Assembly: GCA_965246885.1 (NCBI GenBank)
Contig: OZ251992.1
Location: forward strand, 1,312,001-1,376,000
DNA from: Abditibacterium sp.
GTDB taxonomy: Bacteria; Armatimonadota; Abditibacteriia; Abditibacteriales; Abditibacteriaceae
Direction of reading: 5' to 3'
Length of the DNA stretch: 64,000 bases
The position numbers were made by a program, and so were the translations under genes. Positions within the stretch are counted from its first letter, which is position 1; every line of letters begins with the position of its first letter. Positions 1-8,267 of the stretch are shown one piece after another. Under the pieces are notes generated by a model. That model had not been told where the DNA came from, made no database searches, and saw only the letters and a list, made by a program, of their open reading frames with translations.

Positions 1-1
1 C

Positions 2-97
2 AACAACAAACCCGTCGCCGACAACACCCCGACGCCCGTCAAACTCGGCGATAAAGTCGCGTTTGGGAAAGTCGTGCTGCGCTTGATGCCGGTGTAA
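2..97 (+). CDS. 3' end of a gene truncated by the window edge, FHA-domain-like C-terminus
   Basis: Frame reads NNKPVADNTPTPVKLGDKVAFGKVVLRLMPV*, resembling the LxxGDxIxxG end of FHA domains; stop TAA at 95-97. Confidence 0.5.
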   Translation, partial: NNKPVADNTPTPVKLGDKVAFGKVVLRLMPV

Positions 98-102
98 TTC
101 GT

Positions 103-339
103 ATGAATCACGACGAAGCCGAAGCGTTGTGGGGCGAGGAGCGCGTCGCGTGGTTCCGCCTCGCGCCGATGGAACGCATGGCGTTCTCCGCGAAGTTGTG
201 GCGCTTCTACGCCAAAGCAGGAGGTTCACTTGATTCCCGACCCGATTTTCAAAGTTCTAACGACGATGGGCAAGAGCGGCGTGCGCGCGCTACTCATGGG
301 CGGTCAAGCCTGCGTTTTCTACGGCGGGGCGGAATTTAG
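103..339 (+). CDS. Small protein, putative partner of the downstream nucleotidyltransferase (TA-like pair)
   Basis: 78-aa ORF (WFRLAPMERMAFSAKLW...GGSLD) starting 5 nt after the upstream stop and overlapping the NTase gene. The C-terminal extent is uncertain. Confidence 0.5.
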   Translation: MNHDEAEALWGEERVAWFRLAPMERMAFSAKLWRFYAKAGGSLDSRPDFQSSNDDGQERRARATHGRSSLRFLRRGGI

Positions 340-988
340 CATTGATTCCGACTTCGCCCTCGCCGCCGACGAGGACAATCTGGGGCGCTTGCAAAGCGCG
401 CTCGATGAACTGAACGCCAAACCCATCGCCGTCCCTCCGTTCCGGCGCGAGTTCTTGGAGCGCGGTCACGCCGTCCACTTCCGTTGTCAGCACCCCGACT
501 GCGAAGGGTTGCGCGTGGATGTGATGGCGAAAATGCGCGGCGTGGACGACTTCGAGGCGTTATGGGAACGCCGCACGACGGCATTTGACCCCGACACGGA
601 CATCGAATTCGAGCTAATGGCGCTCCCCGACTTGGTGCGCGCCAAGAAAACCCAGCGCGACAAGGATTGGCCCATGCTCCGCGCTCTCGTGGACGCCCAT
701 TTTGTGCAGTTCGGCGACGAACCGACGCCCGCCCGCGTCCAATTTTGGCTGGAGGAAGCCCGAACTCCCGCCATTTTACGCATTGTTGCGGCGAAATTCC
801 CGGAAATCACGGTCACGCGCGAAGCCGCAATTTTAGCCAAAGGCGAAGCCAATGACGCCGCCATCGAAGCGGCTTTAAAGGCGGAAGAGGAACGCGAACG
901 CGCCGCCGACCGAATCTATTGGGCGCCGTTGCGAGCGGAGTTGGAAGAGTTGCGGCGGATGCGGGCGAATGGCCGGAACACGCCTTGA
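230..988 (+). CDS. Pol-beta superfamily nucleotidyltransferase-domain protein
   Basis: GGQACVFYGG...SIDSDF (GG plus DxD-type motif), later RVDVM and LVRAKKTQRDKD, typical of DUF6036/AbiEii-like NTases. Confidence 0.7.
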   Translation: MIPDPIFKVLTTMGKSGVRALLMGGQACVFYGGAEFSIDSDFALAADEDNLGRLQSALDELNAKPIAVPPFRREFLERGHAVHFRCQHPDCEGLRVDVMAKMRGVDDFEALWERRTTAFDPDTDIEFELMALPDLVRAKKTQRDKDWPMLRALVDAHFVQFGDEPTPARVQFWLEEARTPAILRIVAAKFPEITVTREAAILAKGEANDAAIEAALKAEEERERAADRIYWAPLRAELEELRRMRANGRNTP

Positions 989-1015
989 TGACCCCTGAAT
1001 TTCCCGCGCGCCGGA

Positions 1016-1142
1016 AGCGCGTCCGGTAGGACGCTTGGGCGCGGGCGCCCGGATGCCGGGGATTTTATATCCCCGTTCATGAGTTGGGTCGGGGATATGA
1101 AATCCCCGGCATCCGGCTTCGCCAAGTGTCCTGCCGGACACG
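1016..1142. repeat. REPIN family A copy 1 (inverted pair of REP hairpins GGGGATATAAAATCCCCGGCATCCGG)
   Basis: Near-identical units recur at 22909-23050, 23646-23786 and 28396-28524; this copy lies between convergent genes. Confidence 0.85.
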
Positions 1143-1164
1143 ACGCCAAGCCTTGCCGCGCCTT

Positions 1165-2604
1165 TCAAGGCACCGCCGTCAGCCACCCATGTTTCGCCTG
1201 CAACTTCGCGGCGACGGCGGGCGAAACCATGTGGATGAACGCCAGATAGCCGCGCGCGTAGGGGAGGGCGGGTTTGCCCATTTGCTCGGAAACCGCGCCC
1301 TCGCCGCGCGTTTCGATGGCGTGCAGGACGGCGCGGAAGCGGCGCAGGTCGCGGCGCGACAGGCGCGGCTCGCCGTCGCCGTTGACGACCAAACCCGTCA
1401 CGCTTTGCCGCGCGCCGCGCCGCAGGAGCGCGATTTTGTCGGGGTTGAGCGCGAACTGCTCGGCTTCCAACACGGTCAACACGCCGCGTTGCAAGGAGAT
1501 GGGCCGCGCGTCGGGCGCGGGCGACGAAAACACGAGGTCGTCGGCGTAGCGCGAATAGGTGAATCCGTAGTGCGCCGCCATGCCCTGAAGCCGCGCGTCC
1601 AAGCGGCGGCAGAGCAAATTCGTCAGCGCGGGCGAAGTCGGGGCGCCTTGCGGCACGAAGCGTTCGCCAAGAGCGACGTAGGATTTCTGGCCGTCGAAAG
1701 TGGCCGCAACGCGCGGCGATTCGGTGCAAATCAGCGCGAGCAGGGTGGCGATACCGCGATTGTAACCGAGCGAGCCGAACACCCCGGCAACGCGCGCGAA
1801 GGTGATGGACGGGAAGAAATCCTTCAAGTCCACGCGCAAGAGGGCGCTCGGCCCGCCCGATTCGGTGTGCGCGTGTCGGGCCGCGTTGTCGGCGATGTTG
1901 AGAGCGGGCAAGAACGCGGCGGCGGCAGCGTGAACCGGAACGGGGCGTAGCACGGCCTCCAGAATCTTGCTTTGCGCCGCTTTCAGATACGGGCGGGGCG
2001 CGGAAATGGCGCGACTGCCGCCGCTTCGTTTGGGAATGGAAAAGTGCGAGTAGTGATCGGTCGGCGCGGCTTCGCGGTGGTAGCACAACCACGCGAGTTG
2101 GCCGACGTTCATCTCCAGAAAGCCCGCCAAATCGCGCGGCTCGTTCCACACGGGCAGGCCAAAGCGCGCCAGTTTTTCGGCGTCGGACGGGATGGAAAAG
2201 TCGAGGCGGCGCGATACGCCGCGTCCCAAATGCGGTAACTGCTCGGAGCGCCACCGGGCGTCGTCGGCCAAGCGCAACTCGCGTTCGCGGGCGCGGCGTT
2301 CCTTTCGTTCGGCGCGCGCGGCTTTGACGCGCTCGATGCGGGCGCGGCGCACTTCGGCCAGCTTTGCTTCGATGTCTCCGGCGCTTGAAAGTTCGCGCTC
2401 CACGTCGCTCAGGCGGGCGCGCAAAGGGCGCGCATCCTCGGCAACGGCGCGCAGTTCGTCGTTGAGCGGCGCTAATTTGGCGCGTAGTTCCTCGGCAGTG
2501 GCGGGCGCGTCGCCGTTGGCGGGCGGCCAAAAACCAAGCCGTTCTATCTCGCGGCGCTCAAATTCGCGCTTCCCCAACTGCTTGATGTCGTCGCGCCAAC
2601 TCAT
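1165..2604 (-). CDS. Retron-type reverse transcriptase (479 aa) with N-terminal coiled-coil extension
   Basis: IPKRSGGSRAISAP, DNAARH (retron region X NAxxH), DLKDFFPSI, PQGAPTSP, YSRYADDL, RQSVTGLVVN (retron region Y VTG). ATG at 2604 overlaps the upstream stop (ATGA) and has an AAGGAG RBS. Confidence 0.92.
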   Translation of the reverse strand: MSWRDDIKQLGKREFERREIERLGFWPPANGDAPATAEELRAKLAPLNDELRAVAEDARPLRARLSDVERELSSAGDIEAKLAEVRRARIERVKAARAERKERRARERELRLADDARWRSEQLPHLGRGVSRRLDFSIPSDAEKLARFGLPVWNEPRDLAGFLEMNVGQLAWLCYHREAAPTDHYSHFSIPKRSGGSRAISAPRPYLKAAQSKILEAVLRPVPVHAAAAAFLPALNIADNAARHAHTESGGPSALLRVDLKDFFPSITFARVAGVFGSLGYNRGIATLLALICTESPRVAATFDGQKSYVALGERFVPQGAPTSPALTNLLCRRLDARLQGMAAHYGFTYSRYADDLVFSSPAPDARPISLQRGVLTVLEAEQFALNPDKIALLRRGARQSVTGLVVNGDGEPRLSRRDLRRFRAVLHAIETRGEGAVSEQMGKPALPYARGYLAFIHMVSPAVAAKLQAKHGWLTAVP

Positions 2605-4313
2605 CTCGCGCTCTCCTTTTCGGCTTGCGCCAAGCCCGCGAGCAAATGCGCGCACGGGCCGCCGCGTCCCTTGTCGCGGCGAAACTCGCCGCAGGTGCAT
2701 TGCCAGAACCGCACGCGCCCGTCCAAGTCGCGCGCCCACAAAGGCCTGAAAACTCCGCCTTCAGTTGCAACGACCGCTTGGAAAAAGGCGACATCGGGCG
2801 CGTTGTATCTCTGAAAAAATTCGTCCTCATCAATCTCGTCTGTGGGAATCGCTATCAAGATGACCAGTTGTTTCTCGACCCAGCGCCGCGCCGATTTCGT
2901 TTTGGCATCCTCCTCAGATTCGGGCGCCGGGAACGCGAGCAGTTGCCGCCAGCGATAGGCGCCGATCTTGGCATCGAAGAGCGCGCGGCCTTCCCGACAC
3001 AACTTTTGCAGAGCCGCGCCCGCTTCCTCGCGTGGCCAACTCGCAAACGCTGCCAACGCCTCGACTGAAAGCACGCGCTTCCACTCCAACTCCTTCGCGG
3101 CGATTTGCAGGCTCGAATCAGAGATTTCCCGCCCCGCCGCAAGCGCATCAAAGCGGGCTGAGGCGCTCCAATCGTTCTGCGTCCAGCCGGACAGCCCCAA
3201 CTCGAAGCGGTGCCCCTCCAACTCCAAAGCCCAAAACGACGGCAAACCGTCGCCCAGTAGCCGCACTTCGACCGATTGCGCGTGCGGCAACAACTCCGAC
3301 AACACGGACAAGCGCCGCCGTCCCCAAATACGGACGGTGCGCGCCGCCCCTTCGTAGGAGATGTTCGGCTCGCGCACGGTTTCTCCCCAAGGTTCGATTT
3401 CAATCGTGGGCAACTCGCCCGGCGCGAGCGAAAACTTGAGCGAACGCGGCCCGCTCGTTTCGCGGCGCGCGGCCAGAAGTCGCAATATCTCGGCAACGGT
3501 CGTCGCGCTCAAGCGCAAAGTCGTCGTCGCCAACGCCGAGGCGCTCCCCACCTGCAAAAACCCGCGCACCCACGACGGCGGCAGGTCTATCTTCTTTTCG
3601 ACCCGCGTGCCCGCAGAGGTTTGCACGCTCACGCCGCCGCTTCCCACGCTCAGAAACGCACCCCGATAGTCGCGCACCCGCGCCAATTCGTCGGCCAGAC
3701 TCTGCGAAAAGTCCACGTTCGTCGTGCCGTACGCTACCTCGCCGAGCGCGTCGAGGTTCTCGGACGGCACGCGCACGCACGCATAGCTGGATTCGTCGAG
3801 CGAGAACACCTCGAACAGCACCGCGTCGGGATGCACCGACACGACCGGATCAAGCACGATCCACATCTGCCGGTCGTGCGTGTAGAGGAACTGCCAGAAT
3901 TTGTATTGCGCGTCGCGGTAGCTTTTCGCGTCACCGCGCGATAGTTTTTGCACCTCTTGCAGTAGCTCCTTCGCGCGCCCATCGAGCGTCGCCAAGCGCG
4001 TTTGGAGTTCTTCCGATTCGCTCTGCAACTGCGGCAAGCGCCCGCGCAGCGCCGCCAAGTAGGGCGCCAAGTCCTTGAGGTATTCGCCCTGCACCCACGC
4101 CTGATAGTCCGTGTGGTCGCGCCCGACGAAGCGCGCTTCTTGCGACACGACGCGGTGCAACGCGCCCATCACGCGGCCATAGGCGCGCGAGTGCAACACC
4201 AACGCTTCCAACCGCACGCCGGGCCGGGCGGCTTCTGTGGGCAAAGAGAAGTCAAGGCCGTCGCCGCGCGGCTGGGCCGACGAGGGAAAGGGGTAAGATT
4301 GGGTAATTTGCAT
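2601..4313 (-). CDS. SWIM zinc-finger domain protein (570 aa), retron-associated
   Basis: C-terminal WQCTCGEF...GPCAHLLA (CxC...CxH); also LDPVVSVHPD...FEVFSLDESSY, TTNVDFS and LPPSWVRGFLQV blocks; translationally coupled to the RT. Confidence 0.85.
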   Translation of the reverse strand: MQITQSYPFPSSAQPRGDGLDFSLPTEAARPGVRLEALVLHSRAYGRVMGALHRVVSQEARFVGRDHTDYQAWVQGEYLKDLAPYLAALRGRLPQLQSESEELQTRLATLDGRAKELLQEVQKLSRGDAKSYRDAQYKFWQFLYTHDRQMWIVLDPVVSVHPDAVLFEVFSLDESSYACVRVPSENLDALGEVAYGTTNVDFSQSLADELARVRDYRGAFLSVGSGGVSVQTSAGTRVEKKIDLPPSWVRGFLQVGSASALATTTLRLSATTVAEILRLLAARRETSGPRSLKFSLAPGELPTIEIEPWGETVREPNISYEGAARTVRIWGRRRLSVLSELLPHAQSVEVRLLGDGLPSFWALELEGHRFELGLSGWTQNDWSASARFDALAAGREISDSSLQIAAKELEWKRVLSVEALAAFASWPREEAGAALQKLCREGRALFDAKIGAYRWRQLLAFPAPESEEDAKTKSARRWVEKQLVILIAIPTDEIDEDEFFQRYNAPDVAFFQAVVATEGGVFRPLWARDLDGRVRFWQCTCGEFRRDKGRGGPCAHLLAGLAQAEKESAR

Positions 4314-4340
4314 GATGGTCTTCCTGCCTTTGTGCTGGCG

Positions 4341-4410
4341 GGCGGGCAACCACATGGGTTGCCCCTACGGAGAGGGTGAGTGGTAGGGGCAACCGTATGG
4401 GTTGCCCGCC
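4341..4410. repeat. GTAG-type REP doublet in an operon intergenic spacer
   Basis: GGCGGGCAACCACATGGGTTGCCCCTAC (4341-4368) and the inverted GTAGGGGCAACCGTATGGGTTGCCCGCC (4383-4410); each is a hairpin with a GTAG tetranucleotide. Confidence 0.75.
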
Positions 4411-4424
4411 GTGCTGCGCTCTGG

Positions 4425-7400
4425 TTAAGGCGAAACCCGCAACCCCTCCACTTCCACGCCGCTCAACCGCAACCGCACGAGTTGCGCTAAGGCCCATTCG
4501 CGGTCGCGCCCCGCGCCGGTGCGCGCGGCGTCGAGCAGGGTGGCGACATCGGTCGTCTGCGCGTGACGGAGGCGGAGTTGCACGAGGTTTTTGGCGCGGC
4601 GCGAACTCCCGCGCGTGTTCAAGATGGAAGTGTCGAAGGCGGCTATGGGCGCCGTTGCGGGCGCGGTTTGGAGTTGCGCGGCCACAAAAGCGCGCACGCG
4701 GGGCGCGTCGTGTTGCGCGAGTTGTTCCAAGAGCGCGGGCGTCCAACGCGCGGGAAAACGCGCGAGCAAGTCGAGTCCGGCGTGTTGCGTTTCGCTTTTG
4801 GGCGAGTCGCACAGCGCCAACACGCGGGCGGGCCATTCGTCATTCTCGGCTTCAAAGAATGGGCGCGCGAGCGCGAGGCCTTCGGGCAAGCCGCTTTCCA
4901 TCAATCGCAGCCCCGCGCGCAGATTAAGCGGCGTTTGGCGCAAGCGGGCCAAAGCTGGGGCGCGGAACTCCTCATTCAAGGAAGTCGCGGCGGCGAATAG
5001 GAGCGGTTCGTCGCCCGCCATCGTGGGCAAGTGCGCGGCAAACCACGCTTCCAAGAGGGAGTCCAAACCGCCCTTGTTCGCTTCCATGAGCGGCAACACG
5101 GCATGCGCGGGCAATTCCGCGAACGCATTGTTTGCCCGCGCGCGTCCGATGCGCTCCAACCACGCGGCGCCTTGGGGGGCGTCGAGTTCGCTTAGAAACG
5201 CCCACAACGCGCCCGTGAGGGGCAAGGCCGTGAGGTTGTCGGCGAAGGTTTGGCTCGGCAGAGCCGCTAATTTGCGCCACGTCGCAACGGAAAGGTTGGG
5301 GGCCAGCGCCGCGAAAAAGTGTGCGCGGCCAAGCGGAGGGAGAAGTGCGGCGAAGTCGAAATCTTCGGCGCTCGCGGCGGCTTCGATGCGCGCGGCGAAC
5401 GCTTCGGCAAAGCGCGCTTCGCCGCCCAACTGCCAGAACTGCGCGCGCAACGCGGGCTGATTCCACAACCACTCCGCGACGGCGGGCGCCATCTTCATCG
5501 CCATCAAAGCGGGCGCGAGAGGTTCGAGCAACTCCTGCGCGGCGACGGTTCCCCACTCCGCGAGCGTCAATCCGTCGGGCCGCGCGCCAGTCAGCGCCGC
5601 GCAAAAGACGGCGCGGAGCGTCGGCAGGAGTTGCTTCGCCAGCGCGAATTGCGCGGCCCGCGCGCGCGCTTCGACAAGCGGCGTCGCCCACGCCACAACT
5701 TCCGGCTCGTCGGCTTCGGGCGCGTCGAGGGCGCGCAGAACCCATCCCTCGCTCGGCTCAATTTGCCTAAAGCGCGCGAACAAGAGGAGCAGTTCGCCGC
5801 GCACCGGAAGGAAGCGCGCCTCTTGCAACTGGCGCGCGAGCGGTTTCCAATCGGCGTTCGGGTTGGCCGACAAAGCCGCGCGCACGACGGCGAGCGCGAG
5901 TTGCGGCGCCGCGCTTGTGGCGAAGCGGAGCGCGTGTTCGGGTGTGGCGGCGGGAGTCTCGCCGCGCCGCGTCAGCCACTCCCACGCCCACGCCAGAATC
6001 GGGATGGGGAGGGCGTCGTCGCTCCACAACGCGCGCACCAAGTCGGGCCGCGCGGCGAAGACGGTGTCTTGGAGGCCCAAGCGAAAGGCGAGGGTGCGCG
6101 CGATATCGCCGCTTTGCGCGCGTTGCAGCGACCCCAAAACGAGCGGAGCGAGCAGGGCGCGGCGCTCCGGCGCGAGTTCGGTTTGTTCCGCTAAGAAGCG
6201 CAGCAACCGCTCGGCGCGGCGGGTGAGGTAAGCGACCGTCGCGCGCGTTGGCCCGCCGTTCGGCAGGCGTTTCGGGTCGCCGCGCCGCGCCGTCTCGGAG
6301 TCGAGGCGCCCAATCAGCACACCCAACAAGAGCGCCTCGCGCTCGGTGGCGAGGGGCGCGTCGGGCGGCAAGTCGCTCTCGGTTTTCTTCCAACGCGCGC
6401 GGGTTTGGAGTGGCCAAACCCGCGTTTCCAACGCTTTCCACGCGCGCTTGAAGTCGGGCCAAGTGGCGCCATCGAGCGGCGCACCGCGCAACTCGCGGCG
6501 CAACTTCTCGAAGTCGGCGCCCTCCGCGCCAAGCGCCATGTTCTGCGGCGGCAGGACGGCGTGCTTCGTCGGGTCAAATGGCAAACGCAGACTCAGGCGA
6601 AGCGATTTCGGGCGCGTCGAGGCGGGCTTAGGCAGCGACGAAAGTAGCAGCGTCGGCACCGTCTCGAAGTGATTGTCCGCGAAGAAGCGCGCCTTCGCGT
6701 CGTCGGACGCGAACGTCAGCACATACGCGCGGCCCACACCCGGATTCGCCGCCATATAAGGAAGCAACCGCGTCGGACTCCCCGTCTTGGTGCCCAAGTC
6801 GTTGATGAACACAACGGCGTCCTCTTGGGCAGTGAGCGGAGTATCTTGAGTGCGGAGCCGCGTTCCGAAGGGCGTGCGCGAGGTGGCGCGGACGGTGACT
6901 TGAGCGCGGTCAAACGAGTTGAACCAGTCATTCTGGATGGCGATGCCACTCCATTCGAGCGGGCGCCCCGCGCTTCGCAGCACGCGCGGTAGGTAGTCGC
7001 CCATCTCGCCCGTCAGTTGCGCGAAGCGGATTTTGGCTTCCCAGATGTTGGGCGCGGACGCGATACGTTCACGGAGCAGGGGCGCCAACTCGCGTTCGAG
7101 ACGCACGACTGCGGCGGCCAATCTGTCTTGAGTCGCGCCAGAGAAAATCAGCGCTTCACCTGTTTCGCTGACTTCCAACTTGTCCGGCGCAAACGCAAGC
7201 TCGACGCCGAGAGAAGTTCGCATTCCGCCCAGATTGCGGCTAAGCAGAAGCCCAGTAGAAACGGGGAAACCGACGTCATCCACCACTGCGAAGGATGAGC
7301 CGCCGCGTGTGACCTTCCATCTGTCGCCCTCGAATAGAACCTCGCCGCGTTGAGAGCCGCCCAAAGCCCCACCCCGAACGCGCGGCGGGACGCGGAAGAA

Positions 7401-8183
7401 GTCGAAAACGCGCGCGGCTTCGTGCCCGACGTGATTCGCTCTGAGTAACGAAGCGCCGATAGGGACTTCCACTTCCACGCCATCCCCCTGATTCGTCGGC
7501 ACTTCGCCGTCTTTGGTGACGGTGCCGATGCCCGCCATGTCGAGGGCGCATCGGAAGGTTTTGGCCCTCCCGCCTTGGAAGGTCGAGACGCGGAACTCGT
7601 CAGCGTAAGCGTAGGCGGCGCGCGCGCCGAAGTCGGAAGTGACGGCGGGCGAGAGGGCGTAGCGCGCGAGAACTTCGGCTTCGGTTGGGACGGCGCCATA
7701 CGAGCGGACGCGGAAGCGGGGGTCTTGGGCGGTCGGAAGCCAAACATCGAAGGGCGTGTCGCCGATGCCCGCCGCGTCGTGGAAAGCGCGCGCTTCGAGG
7801 GCGATTTCGCGGATGAGCGCGGCGATGGGGTTCGAGTAGCGCAGCGCGACGGGCAAAGCCGCGCGGTTGACGCCGATGACGGCGGGCGCACTTTGAATCG
7901 GCGCGGGCGAAGTGTTGGCGGGTGTCGCGGCGCGGGGCGCGTAGCGAAATGGGGGCGTCGCGGCCTTGACCGAAGCGTCGGGCGCGCGGTCGTAACCGGG
8001 CATCTGCCCACCCGAAAACATCGTTTGCACCACGCCGTTGACAAGGGGGTGCGGCACTTCGACGCCCGCTCCCAAGCGGCGCCGCACCTCCAGCGTTATC
8101 TCGTAGGCTGTGAACGAGGCGCCCGCCACGACTTGATCCAAAACGGTCTGGCGCGCTTCTAATTCGATTTGGGGGTTAGTCAT
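4425..8183 (-). CDS. Large (1252 aa) multidomain protein: small N-terminal domain, degenerate RIIA-like GHKL/HSP90-type region, C-terminal alpha-helical (HEAT/ARM-like) region
   Basis: RYSNPIAALIREI...AAGIGDTPFDVWLPTAQDPRFRVRSYG...AYAYADEFRVSTFQGG...DGVEVEVPI resembles phage RIIA N-termini. The C-terminal half is Leu/Ala/Trp-rich and helical (LALCDSP...LEQLAQHDAPRVRAFVA). Confidence 0.75.
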   Translation of the reverse strand: MTNPQIELEARQTVLDQVVAGASFTAYEITLEVRRRLGAGVEVPHPLVNGVVQTMFSGGQMPGYDRAPDASVKAATPPFRYAPRAATPANTSPAPIQSAPAVIGVNRAALPVALRYSNPIAALIREIALEARAFHDAAGIGDTPFDVWLPTAQDPRFRVRSYGAVPTEAEVLARYALSPAVTSDFGARAAYAYADEFRVSTFQGGRAKTFRCALDMAGIGTVTKDGEVPTNQGDGVEVEVPIGASLLRANHVGHEAARVFDFFRVPPRVRGGALGGSQRGEVLFEGDRWKVTRGGSSFAVVDDVGFPVSTGLLLSRNLGGMRTSLGVELAFAPDKLEVSETGEALIFSGATQDRLAAAVVRLERELAPLLRERIASAPNIWEAKIRFAQLTGEMGDYLPRVLRSAGRPLEWSGIAIQNDWFNSFDRAQVTVRATSRTPFGTRLRTQDTPLTAQEDAVVFINDLGTKTGSPTRLLPYMAANPGVGRAYVLTFASDDAKARFFADNHFETVPTLLLSSLPKPASTRPKSLRLSLRLPFDPTKHAVLPPQNMALGAEGADFEKLRRELRGAPLDGATWPDFKRAWKALETRVWPLQTRARWKKTESDLPPDAPLATEREALLLGVLIGRLDSETARRGDPKRLPNGGPTRATVAYLTRRAERLLRFLAEQTELAPERRALLAPLVLGSLQRAQSGDIARTLAFRLGLQDTVFAARPDLVRALWSDDALPIPILAWAWEWLTRRGETPAATPEHALRFATSAAPQLALAVVRAALSANPNADWKPLARQLQEARFLPVRGELLLLFARFRQIEPSEGWVLRALDAPEADEPEVVAWATPLVEARARAAQFALAKQLLPTLRAVFCAALTGARPDGLTLAEWGTVAAQELLEPLAPALMAMKMAPAVAEWLWNQPALRAQFWQLGGEARFAEAFAARIEAAASAEDFDFAALLPPLGRAHFFAALAPNLSVATWRKLAALPSQTFADNLTALPLTGALWAFLSELDAPQGAAWLERIGRARANNAFAELPAHAVLPLMEANKGGLDSLLEAWFAAHLPTMAGDEPLLFAAATSLNEEFRAPALARLRQTPLNLRAGLRLMESGLPEGLALARPFFEAENDEWPARVLALCDSPKSETQHAGLDLLARFPARWTPALLEQLAQHDAPRVRAFVAAQLQTAPATAPIAAFDTSILNTRGSSRRAKNLVQLRLRHAQTTDVATLLDAARTGAGRDREWALAQLVRLRLSGVEVEGLRVSP

Positions 8184-8267
8184 AATCTTTATCGCGCAGA
8201 GGCGCAAAGGCGCGGATGTAAAAAACCTTGGCGTCTTCGCGCCTTTGAGAGAGGCTTCTCACGCGCC

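Noticed and set aside
1165..2604. Group II intron, DGR or CRISPR-associated RT
   Set aside because: It has retron-specific NAxxH and VTG motifs. There is no maturase/endonuclease domain, no recognisable intron domain V, no TR/VR pair and no cas1.
2605..2739. Longer RT start at 2739 given in the ORF track
   Set aside because: It would overlap the SWIM motif coding region. ATG 2604 has an RBS and ATGA coupling.
8190..8250. Retron ncRNA between the PARP and scaffold genes
   Set aside because: Only about 85 nt with a weak imperfect palindrome (CAAAGGCGCG/CGCGCCTTTG); too short for msr-msd.
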